DNA of 26,214 bases from a virus. Taxonomy: Duplodnaviria > Caudoviricetes. Below are positions 15,442 through 22,771 of this stretch, one piece after another. Under the pieces are notes generated by a model. The model had not been told where the DNA came from. It did no database searches and worked only from the letters and a program-made list of their open reading frames with translations. A program made the translations under genes and the position numbers. Each line of letters opens with the position of its first letter. Positions within the stretch are counted from its first letter, which is position 1. Where the stretch lies: IMG/VR virus record IMGVR_UViG_3300032233_000764, positions 1-26,214 of that record; one strand, written 5' to 3'.

Positions 15442-18440
15442 CAGTTAGTCCTGATAGGGATTCGACCAGAACGCTTTTCATAAGACTGCAATACCGATAC
15501 AAGTTGACGGGCAATAGCCTGCTCATCACCGATACCAGCCTGCACCGTGATGTGATATGTGTTGGAGCCGCCCATACCGCCCTTACCAAGAGGGATGACT
15601 GCTTCGTCACGACCAGCCTCACCAAGCAGAGCAAGTGTTCCGCCACTGCGGGCACGAACAATTCCGCCGTTAGCCATCTGTGGGATACTGTTCGTCATCT
15701 CGCTCAGGCTTGACATCTTGAATCCAATGCTCACACCAAAGTTCTTCTCCAAGTTCTTGACCTGCGCTGCAGTCAAGCCTTTAGATGTCAAAGAAAGATT
15801 CAACTTTTTGGCTGCGTCCGTGATGCCCTTAACAAGTTGCTCACCTTGGGAAAGACCCTGCTTGTAGAACTGTTCCTTAGCGCCCTTCGCTGCATCATCA
15901 GACGACTTCAATAATTCTTTGTACCATCTGTTCGCATTCGACACTGCTTCTGTTCCGCCAGCAAGAATCTCTAAACCAATCTTTGTACCAGCCTCACCAC
16001 CAGCAGCAACAACTTGTGAAATACCAGCCTGACCAAGACCAGCCTCCCGCAATCTTGTCAAGATATCGCTAAAGGCTTTGGCATCTTCATATTGCTTCTT
16101 CAAAGAATCCATAAAGGACATCTTGTTTTTCTCAGCAGTTGCAAGGTTCTCTGAAGCCTTTGCGTAATCTTCAGTTGCTTTGGTGTAGCCAGCGATGTCA
16201 CGCTTTTGTAGAGCCTCACCAACTGCTTTTTCGGCTGTAGCAACAGCATCCAAAGCAGTTTGATAATTGTCCTGTGAAGCCACTGCCTTGCTCATCGCAT
16301 TCGAGAAAGAAAACACTGCCATGATTGAATCTTTGATGCTCTTTGAGAAGTCGTCTGCTTGTTTTTTGATATCTTCAAAGAACTTTTTGGCTTTTGTTAC
16401 AGAGTCAGTGCCAAGTTTTTTGGCTGCAGCAACCAAGGCTTTAAGTGCATCTGCTCCTGCTCCTGTTCCGTTACCTGTTCCGTTACCTGTTCCGTTACCT
16501 TTGCCTTTGTCCTTGGCTTTGGAATCGATTGGTTGAAAGCCTTCGAACTTTCGGAAGTCCGCTGCGGAAACTTCAACAGCAGCAGCCTTTGCTGCGGCAG
16601 CAAGTTTTTTTGCTTTAGCAGTAGCGTTTTCCAACTTTGCACCTGTGATATCCAGCGACAGGTGCATGTGCTTCATCGGTTTGACATCTTTATGGAAGGG
16701 GAGCATGTTGTACCCCTTAATCAGCAAGTTGATTACATCGATGTATCTGTTTCCCATGAAGTTGATATATCCAAGAATTAGATTGATACCGACTTGAACA
16801 ATGCTGACAACCGAGTTCCAAATTCCTTTTAGCCCACGGCGGAACCATTCAAACTTTTGATACATCAACACGACTGCGATTGCAAGACCTACGACGGCGG
16901 CGATGACCAGACCTATTGGGGTTGATATCAATGACGCATTCAAGGCTTTTGTTGCGGCTGCAGCAGCCGTCGCCGCTGCCCCTTGTGCGGTTGTTGCAGC
17001 AGCAAGCGCCGCCTCAGAACCAGATGCTGCAGCAGAGGCGACAAGCATTTCTGCTTGTGCAACTACAAGTGCAGTAGAAGCAATAGCGGCAGTACCAGCA
17101 GCAGTTGCTTGAGCACCCGTTGCCCCAGTATTAGCCAACACAGCGGCAACTACACCCCAAATTGCTTTGGCGCTACCAAACAACGCATTTATCTTGCCAA
17201 CTGCTTTGAAACCAATATAAGCAGCAACAAGACCACCGACAACAGGAGTCAATGCTTCAAGGACAGCCTTATTTTCTGAAAGCAAACCAGTAAAACTTTG
17301 CAAAACGGTAGAAATAACCATCACTGCAGGAATGAATCCAACAAGGATTTGAGATATCAATGGAGCAAAGACCGTGCTTAAAGCCGTTATTGATTCACCA
17401 ATGGAAAGGAACAATGGCTGCAAAGCGGGAAGGGCAGCAGCCAACTGAGTGACTAAAGGAACGATTGCGGTTGCAATAGCCACTGCAATAGTTGAAACAG
17501 CCGTCATCATCGGTTCGATGGAAGGAATCAACTTTTGGAAACCATCCATAAAGACGGTCACCATATTTCCGATAGGTGTGACCATTCCCTTCATGACTTT
17601 GCCAATCGCATCGTTAATAGCGGGCATAGCGTTTTTGATTGCTTCGGTGGCTGGCTTCATCATGTCGCCAAGAGCAATGTTGATATTGTCCTTCAAAGTA
17701 GACATCAACCCTGTCAAAGTTTTTGATTGCTCGCTCATCATGCCCTTGACACGACCCATGGCTTCTCCAGAATAATTCTCGAGACCACTCATCAACTTGC
17801 CAACAGAGTCATCAAGTTTTCCTTGTTCAACAGCCTTCTTAACATCCGCAACAGACATGTTCGCTGCCGCTGCCAAAGTTGCCCAAGCAGGAATACCAGC
17901 ATTAGCCAACTGCATCATGTCCTGACCAGTTACCTTGCCCACAAGGTTCATCTGCTGCAACGCACGGGTTGCTGCAGCGATACCTTGAGCACCTGTACCC
18001 ATTGCCGCCGTCGAGTCACCGATAGCCGTCAAGATTGGCTTAACACGCTCTGCAGCAACACCAGTAGTCAACAGTTTTGATGCTGCGTCACGAAGTTGTG
18101 GGAATTCAAAAGGCGTAGAAGCAGCAAAGGTTTGCAAATCCTTAAACATGGCTTCTGCTTTTGCTTGAGAACCAAGAAGAGTTTTGAATGAGATAATGGC
18201 TTGTTCGTTCGCCATAGCGAAGCCGATACCCATTTTTGCGCCCATCATGGCAGCGGTTTGCATAGCGCCGCCACCAAGAATGGCAGCCTTCGACATGATA
18301 CTGAAGCCGCTTCGAACGATTCCAGATTGTCTCTGAACAGATTGACCAAAGTTGTCAGCAGAATCCTGTGCACGACGGAACCCACTGACCATGTTGTCAG
18401 CGTTCGCCCGTAGATGCGCTACGACTTCAAGCATTGCCAT
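15441..18440 (-). CDS. Tape measure protein
   Basis: 999 aa, Ala-rich and helical; FKTLLGS..KA..MF.DL..FAASTPFE tape-measure domain; hydrophobic middle; MANGGIV...LLGEAGRDEAVIPL C-terminal motif. Confidence 0.95.
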   Translation of the reverse strand: MAMLEVVAHLRANADNMVSGFRRAQDSADNFGQSVQRQSGIVRSGFSIMSKAAILGGGAMQTAAMMGAKMGIGFAMANEQAIISFKTLLGSQAKAEAMFKDLQTFAASTPFEFPQLRDAASKLLTTGVAAERVKPILTAIGDSTAAMGTGAQGIAAATRALQQMNLVGKVTGQDMMQLANAGIPAWATLAAAANMSVADVKKAVEQGKLDDSVGKLMSGLENYSGEAMGRVKGMMSEQSKTLTGLMSTLKDNINIALGDMMKPATEAIKNAMPAINDAIGKVMKGMVTPIGNMVTVFMDGFQKLIPSIEPMMTAVSTIAVAIATAIVPLVTQLAAALPALQPLFLSIGESITALSTVFAPLISQILVGFIPAVMVISTVLQSFTGLLSENKAVLEALTPVVGGLVAAYIGFKAVGKINALFGSAKAIWGVVAAVLANTGATGAQATAAGTAAIASTALVVAQAEMLVASAAASGSEAALAAATTAQGAAATAAAAATKALNASLISTPIGLVIAAVVGLAIAVVLMYQKFEWFRRGLKGIWNSVVSIVQVGINLILGYINFMGNRYIDVINLLIKGYNMLPFHKDVKPMKHMHLSLDITGAKLENATAKAKKLAAAAKAAAVEVSAADFRKFEGFQPIDSKAKDKGKGNGTGNGTGNGTGAGADALKALVAAAKKLGTDSVTKAKKFFEDIKKQADDFSKSIKDSIMAVFSFSNAMSKAVASQDNYQTALDAVATAEKAVGEALQKRDIAGYTKATEDYAKASENLATAEKNKMSFMDSLKKQYEDAKAFSDILTRLREAGLGQAGISQVVAAGGEAGTKIGLEILAGGTEAVSNANRWYKELLKSSDDAAKGAKEQFYKQGLSQGEQLVKGITDAAKKLNLSLTSKGLTAAQVKNLEKNFGVSIGFKMSSLSEMTNSIPQMANGGIVRARSGGTLALLGEAGRDEAVIPLGKGGMGGSNTYHITVQAGIGDEQAIARQLVSVLQSYEKRSGRIPIRTN
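16462..16500. repeat. 12-bp tandem repeat (CCTGTTCCGTTA x3) in the tape measure linker
   Basis: Three exact copies plus CCT; encodes GNGTGNGTGNGTG. Confidence 0.9.
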
Positions 18441-18453
18441 CTTTAGTTAATCC

Positions 18454-18630
18454 TCATCGTTGTTGCTGTTGCTCCCAGTTCCTAATTTTGTAGAGAGCCA
18501 TCCACTCCGTAATCTCCGCCGATGAAATCGCACGGTGACCATTAGAGCCATAAAGCAATTCTCCGACTGTTCGCCCTAGCGATTCGGCTAACTCAAAGAG
18601 GAAGCGTCGGCTAGGGCGTTCGAGAAATCC
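18454..18630 (-). CDS. -1 frame extension of the tail assembly chaperone (gpT-like; absent from the ORF track)
   Basis: The -1 frame reads FLERPSRRFLFELAESLGRTVGELLYGSNGHRAISSAEITEWMALYKIRNWEQQQQR*, has no own start near its 5' end and ends 14 nt before the TMP start. Confidence 0.85.
   Translation of the reverse strand, partial: GFLERPSRRFLFELAESLGRTVGELLYGSNGHRAISSAEITEWMALYKIRNWEQQQQR
18572..18630 (-). promoter_or_regulatory. Programmed -1 frameshift signal
   Basis: Slippery G_GAT_TTC (18630-18624), 5-nt spacer, perfect 9-bp stem CGCCCTAGC (18618-18610)/GCTAGGGCG (18580-18572). Confidence 0.8.
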
Positions 18631-18971
18631 TTGCCTGCCTTGTCGACTGCTCCTTCAAGCAATCCAGAGATTCGCATCGCCGTGTTAACAATCAAGTCGA
18701 GCGCTGCACCTGATTTAAGCATCAGGGCTTCACGGTCGGACTCGTTGAATACTTGCTCATCCGTTTCAGGGTCGAAAGTACACATAATGACAATGTCTGG
18801 CATCATCTTTGCGAAGTTCATAACACCGTCGTTGTCGGCGGCATTCTGAATCATCTGGGTGCGGGCTGCTCCCGACATTCCATGAACAGCGATTTTGGTA
18901 TTCCATTGTGGAACATCAATAATCTCTTTCTGGACATCGTCACATTGAAGGATTTGGTCACGAAGGGACAC
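18588..18971 (-). CDS. Tail assembly chaperone (gpG-like)
   Basis: Lies between the tube and TMP genes; LRDQIL..DD...E.IDVPQW...I.V.GMSGAAR pattern; GTG start after AGGAG. Confidence 0.88.
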   Translation of the reverse strand: MSLRDQILQCDDVQKEIIDVPQWNTKIAVHGMSGAARTQMIQNAADNDGVMNFAKMMPDIVIMCTFDPETDEQVFNESDREALMLKSGAALDLIVNTAMRISGLLEGAVDKAGKDFSNALADASSLS

Positions 18972-18990
18972 GGGTTTCTCCTGTTATTAG

Positions 18991-19404
18991 TTAGGCGTAA
19001 GTGCCACGGGTAACTGTACCAGTCACCTGAAACTCTGCTGAGAATGTAACAACATCAGCGACTGGTGCAGTTGTCTCGTAAGAGGTCAAGTAGCACTCAC
19101 CTGTGTATTTGATGTTGCCAGCGGTGGTGCCAGATGGACCGTACTCGTAAGACACTGAAGCGTCTTGTCCGAGGATTCCAGCAAGGTGAGCATCGACTGT
19201 TGCGTCCCATGTGCCCTTGATAGAAACGGTTGAATCGGTGAGACCTACAACATAGGTCTTGGCGCTATTGCCAAAACTGGTCGTTTCGCCTGTTTCGATT
19301 GAACGGGGATGTGTAATTTCGTTCAGATATGTCGAGATGTCAGTCAGCGTACCGCCTGAGTTATCGACCTTAAATGAAGCGGACTTTCCGTGTTTGAATG
19401 CCAT
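18991..19404 (-). CDS. Major tail tube protein
   Basis: HGK...ETGETTSFG..AKTYVVGL.DS.VSIKG.WD...YTGECYLTSYE..APVADVVTFSAEFQVTG; SD TAAGGAG. Confidence 0.85.
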   Translation of the reverse strand: MAFKHGKSASFKVDNSGGTLTDISTYLNEITHPRSIETGETTSFGNSAKTYVVGLTDSTVSIKGTWDATVDAHLAGILGQDASVSYEYGPSGTTAGNIKYTGECYLTSYETTAPVADVVTFSAEFQVTGTVTRGTYA

Positions 19405-19419
19405 GATTGGTGTTGCTCC

Positions 19420-20136
19420 TTAGCGTCTTGCGAAATTCGCATGGTAGGTGATTGAACCCGTGGTTCCCGCAATGGTGTGGTTGACACGGAGGTAACGGTT
19501 AACGGTGCCTGTGACAGCGACCCGTTCCGAAGTAACGGAGGTCGTGCTGACCACCGCAAATGTTATTAAGTCAGCCCATGTTGAGTTATCGGCTGAGTGT
19601 TGAATCTTGATTGTGCTGGTGCCGTTGCGGGTGTTGGTCGGGACATGGATTTGTCCGACACCGCCGTTGGTTGTGGAAGTTGCGTTGTCGATTGCTGTTG
19701 AACTGCCTGTTGCGTTTGTTGCGGTCAACGCATAGAGGGAGATACCACGGTCCATACGGTCGGTTGTTTGACCTTCCATAGAGATTGAAACGACATCAGC
19801 CACAGGCGAAGTGATTTCATACGAGGTAAACAAAGAGTTGAAGGTCGTCACCCGAGAACCAGCGGACAAACCTTCTGGAGCAACTGTGATTAATTCGTTA
19901 TCGGTGGCAAGAGCGGTACTGATGATTTGGTCCACAGCGCCAGCGTCACCGTCATAAAAACCTTTAAGCGCCATGGTTGAGTCTGTCAATCCAACAAGAT
20001 AAGTCTTGGCGGATGAACCATAGGTCGTGGTTTCACCTGTCTCAATAGATTGCGAAACAGAAGTTTCTGCAAAGAACGACGACAAGTCGTATTGGTTAAT
20101 CAGAACTTTTGTGTTTTTGCCGTGACGGAAAGTCAT
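19420..20136 (-). CDS. Tail tube paralogue with extra C-terminal beta domain
   Basis: Shares SIETGETT, SAKTY.VGLTDST and TSYE.T.PVADVV with 18991-19404; extra ~105 aa (IKIQHSADNSTWADL...NRYLRV). Confidence 0.8.
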   Translation of the reverse strand: MTFRHGKNTKVLINQYDLSSFFAETSVSQSIETGETTTYGSSAKTYLVGLTDSTMALKGFYDGDAGAVDQIISTALATDNELITVAPEGLSAGSRVTTFNSLFTSYEITSPVADVVSISMEGQTTDRMDRGISLYALTATNATGSSTAIDNATSTTNGGVGQIHVPTNTRNGTSTIKIQHSADNSTWADLITFAVVSTTSVTSERVAVTGTVNRYLRVNHTIAGTTGSITYHANFARR

Positions 20137-20318
20137 TCCGCTACCTCCAGTGTCTCTTCAACTTCATCGGTCGGTTCTTCTTTGCCGCCGACAAGTTCAA
20201 TTGCACCAGATTCCCGTAGCCACTTGATGGCTTTAGGAGGCAGGTCTGACACGATGTCGTCTATCTCGGCTCGTTTGCCAAGGTATTCAATTCCTGTGTT
20301 GACCTTATATTGCGCCAT
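20133..20318 (-). CDS. Small virion-associated hypothetical protein (61 aa)
   Basis: Start MAQYKVNTG at 20318 after TAGGAG; WLRESGAIE motif and acidic tail; ATGA overlap with the tube paralogue. Confidence 0.75.
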   Translation of the reverse strand: MAQYKVNTGIEYLGKRAEIDDIVSDLPPKAIKWLRESGAIELVGGKEEPTDEVEETLEVAE

Positions 20319-20445
20319 CGGTGCTCCTATTACTAGGCGTGACAGAACCTCGAGTGAGGTCTGGACCACTAGGGCACGAAAGCAAACCGACAACCGAGGT
20401 CACTAGGACACGCTATTCAGAGATTGTACGGCAATCGCATAGACC
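20319..20445 (-). promoter_or_regulatory. Candidate late promoter and structured leader with repeated GTGYCCTAGTG motifs
   Basis: GGTCTATGCGAT-N5-TACAAT (20445-20423); GTGTCCTAGTGACC (20411-20398); GTGCCCTAGTGGTC (20377-20364); hairpin CAGACCTC/GAGGTTCTG; third CCTAGT just before the SD. Confidence 0.6.
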
Positions 20446-20463
20446 AGTTGTCGTTGACTATGG

Positions 20464-21021
20464 TCAACCTTTCAGCGGGGTTTCAACATATCTTTCGCTA
20501 AGAGGGCGGCGAGTTTTCCAGTTGACACAATTGCGTCCCCAACTCGGCGTTCTTACTGATGGACGGAAGAATGGTCTGTCATTCAATCTGTCCTCAAAAG
20601 TGATAAAAGTGTTTCTGGTTTGATATCCCAAAAAAGAGATTCTGTTAGCAACAACAATTTGTTGATGCTTGGTCGCATCCTTCGGTGACTTTGCAAACTC
20701 CCAACCGCCGTAGCCACGCCACGCTGATTGGGCGATACCAAGACCGCCTGCGTAATAGCCGCCGTCATTCCAGTTGTGGTTGGTTTCACACCATGAGACC
20801 GCTTCCCAGAAGCGGATAGATGCAGCCTTTTTGCTGCGTAATTGAGCGGCAAGTTCTGACGGCATGCTCGGGACATAAATTTTCGGAAATTGGTTTTGCA
20901 GTTCCGATGCTGCAATGTCTGTAATGACAATTGTGTTCGGCGTGAGCGCTTGGGCTTGTGTCGAAGTGAGATGGATAGTGCTGATGATTGAGAAGGCAAC
21001 AAGTGCCAGATGCTTTTGCAT
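20464..21021 (-). CDS. Secreted Rpf-like (resuscitation-promoting factor/transglycosylase-like) protein
   Basis: Signal peptide ending AQA; WEAVSWCET..NW...YYAGGLGI.QSAW..YGG.EFA.SP..ATK.QQI.VA.RI matches the Rpf domain with the catalytic Glu retained. Confidence 0.85.
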   Translation of the reverse strand: MQKHLALVAFSIISTIHLTSTQAQALTPNTIVITDIAASELQNQFPKIYVPSMPSELAAQLRSKKAASIRFWEAVSWCETNHNWNDGGYYAGGLGIAQSAWRGYGGWEFAKSPKDATKHQQIVVANRISFLGYQTRNTFITFEDRLNDRPFFRPSVRTPSWGRNCVNWKTRRPLSERYVETPLKG

Positions 21022-21160
21022 GAAATTCCTTTGAACGGTGTACGGGGAAACAGGCGTTTAACGCCATTGTTTATTCAAAAGAACCTCCTTGCGGGGTGCG
21101 TAATTCAACATTTCGTTGAAGTCGTAATACAACATGTCTAGTTGGTGAATGTTCTGTTCG
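21022..21160 (-). ncRNA. Candidate structured cis-regulatory 5' leader of the Rpf-like gene
   Basis: Stems AGAAC/GTTCT, CAAC/GTTG, TTCAAC/GTTGAA, CC-GCAA-GG, GGCGT/ACGCC, plus a 10-bp TTCTTTTGAA/TTCAAAGGAA stem covering the SD. Folded by eye only. Confidence 0.5.
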
Positions 21161-21190
21161 CCAGCCTAACAAAATCTGGCTGGATGTCAA
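21161..21190 (-). promoter_or_regulatory. SigA-type promoter with overlapping inverted repeat
   Basis: TTGACA (21190-21185), N16, TGn-extended TAGGCT (21168-21163); inverted repeat CCAGCC (21183-21178)/GGCTGG (21166-21161). Confidence 0.75.
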
Positions 21191-21346
21191 CTATTTGGCG
21201 TTTTTAGCCTTGCAGCGGTTGCAGAGAATCAACCATGGTCTAGTGACCTTGATTGCCAAAAGGCGGTTACAGCGCCAGCATCGGGGTGCTTCGTCGGTTG
21301 GGAAAGTCCGACCGTATGGGTCTGGGACGGGTTCGTCTTGGCTCAT
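21191..21346 (-). CDS. Com-like zinc-ribbon protein (51 aa)
   Basis: RCWRCNRLLA...ILCNRCKAKN matches the Mu Com-family pattern RC..C.+LL.....I.C.RC...N; ATGA overlap start at 21346. Confidence 0.75.
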   Translation of the reverse strand: MSQDEPVPDPYGRTFPTDEAPRCWRCNRLLAIKVTRPWLILCNRCKAKNAK

Positions 21347-21615
21347 TGGTGCATCGCATCGCCAACGATAATGCCGCATTGTTCACAGAGTTGTGCTTCA
21401 CGACCCATGGTTGAAATGTTCAATGTCTGCAGGTGCCTACAATCCTCTGATTGGTCGTCAAACGGCTCAGAGGGGTTCAGAAAGGTGGCGGCGAGCATAA
21501 GGCTGACGGTTAATGATTCAAGCGCTGCAGAAGCGCTTTGGGCTGCCTTGATAGAAGCGGCGAGAGCAGCCTCCAGATTACGGGCTTCCCCGAGAGCAGC
21601 ATCCCTGATGTTCAT
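21343..21615 (-). CDS. Hypothetical protein with helical N-terminus and C.H...CxxC C-terminus
   Basis: ATGA overlaps on both sides; DCRH...LCEQCG. Confidence 0.7.
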   Translation of the reverse strand: MNIRDAALGEARNLEAALAASIKAAQSASAALESLTVSLMLAATFLNPSEPFDDQSEDCRHLQTLNISTMGREAQLCEQCGIIVGDAMHQ

Positions 21616-22007
21616 GCCACCCAGCCTGTGAAGTCAATGGCTACAACGGGACGGTCGTCGCCATCTCGACCGACTGGATAGAACTCGGAGGTCGGCATAA
21701 CACTTAAAAAAGCGGTGCCAGAAATTGTTTGGTTACGGATTGCGCCTAGAGCGGCACGAACAGCCACGGCTTTGGTGCGGGCAGCGGGGTAATCGTTGCG
21801 GGCGGCACGGCAAAAGACCCTGATTCGGGGGCGTTCAACCGAATAGACGGAGGCACCAAATGTTTGCATGGGTCCGACACCATTATCTTCGACGATAAGG
21901 ATGCAGGCATCTGGGGAGTCTGGCATCACTCCAAGAAAAATGTCCGTGGCGAGGGTTCCTACGCCAGAGGTTTGTAGGTGGGCACCTAACGCATCAAGTA
22001 AAGCCAT
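21612..22007 (-). CDS. Tail terminator / tail-completion protein
   Basis: L...GVGTL.TDIFLG.MPDSPD...ERPRIRV..RA..NDY..A...GRD.DDRP...DF; fourth head-tail joining gene. Confidence 0.8.
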   Translation of the reverse strand: MALLDALGAHLQTSGVGTLATDIFLGVMPDSPDACILIVEDNGVGPMQTFGASVYSVERPRIRVFCRAARNDYPAARTKAVAVRAALGAIRNQTISGTAFLSVMPTSEFYPVGRDGDDRPVVAIDFTGWVA

Positions 22008-22438
22008 CAGGCACTTCCTTCAATAATGGCGGATACACGCCTTGTCAATTTTGCTTGTAGCCCCTTGGCGGATTCCTCAACTGGGTCCTTGAGGTAGTTG
22101 GCTTTTCGACCTGCAGCATGTTTGAAACTGAGGTTGTCGTGCTGGATTCTGGCGTAACCAACGGTCGTTTCGGTCCCGCCAGATTTAGGCGAACGGTCTT
22201 TGGCTGGTCCGCCGTAGGAGATTTCAACCATGATGTCTTTGCCCATCACGACTGGGTCGTGGACCATTCCCGAGCCTGCAAGGGTTCCGTAATGAAACGG
22301 TACTTGCCTCAGCGATTTGCCGAGAATGATTTGGGCTTCTTGATACAGCGCTGCTCGAGTCGCATCGATGGCGAGCGGCGATGACCTAAGAAGGACACGA
22401 AGAAGTCTGTCCAGTCCAGTGACACGGATTGTTTCCAT
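22007..22438 (-). CDS. Neck protein (HK97 gp10-like)
   Basis: I.VTGLD.L...EAQ.IL..S...VP...GTL..SG...YARIQH...H..G.KANYL.DP. Confidence 0.8.
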   Translation of the reverse strand: METIRVTGLDRLLRVLLRSSPLAIDATRAALYQEAQIILGKSLRQVPFHYGTLAGSGMVHDPVVMGKDIMVEISYGGPAKDRSPKSGGTETTVGYARIQHDNLSFKHAAGRKANYLKDPVEESAKGLQAKLTRRVSAIIEGSA

Positions 22439-22444
22439 CGTCTA

Positions 22445-22771
22445 TCACTTACCAAAGGTGACGGTGGTGTGATGCAGACCAGATTCGTCATTGTGGTTAT
22501 CGACCGAGAGGATAATAGGGCTTGTACCGTCAGGTAAAACAATCTTGGAACTGATTGTGATATCTGGGCAGCCGTAGAAGATTATGGTTCCGTTGTTGAA
22601 TTCATCACGGTTTCGTTCAGTCGCATAACGGGTGTCTTTATCTTGAACTCGGCATCTGACTGGAACGCCAGTTGCTCCGTGGCTGATTTTGCCGTAGGCG
22701 TCTAATCCAGATTTGGGATAGATGGTCACCACAGTGGGCATCATCGATAGGAACTCGGCTTCCATCGTCAT
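22445..22771 (-). CDS. Head closure/stopper protein
   Basis: VTIY...G.DAYGK.......V.CR......I.LPDG...ILSV....DE.G.HHT.V beta-rich pattern; follows the adaptor gene. Confidence 0.75.
   Translation of the reverse strand: MTMEAEFLSMMPTVVTIYPKSGLDAYGKISHGATGVPVRCRVQDKDTRYATERNRDEFNNGTIIFYGCPDITISSKIVLPDGTSPIILSVDNHNDESGLHHTTVTFGK

Noticed and set aside
16462-16500. 12-bp tandem repeat as a phase-variation switch
   Set aside because: The unit is a multiple of 3 in a flexible linker, so copy changes keep the frame.
20786-21067. 93-aa minus-strand ORF from the ATG in the Rpf leader
   Set aside because: Overlaps the Rpf gene out of frame, the SD is too distant, and it has no protein-like features.
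21022-21160. Calling the leader a c-di-AMP (ydaO) riboswitch
   Set aside because: The gene context fits, but the characteristic conserved segments are not evident; kept only as an unnamed candidate.
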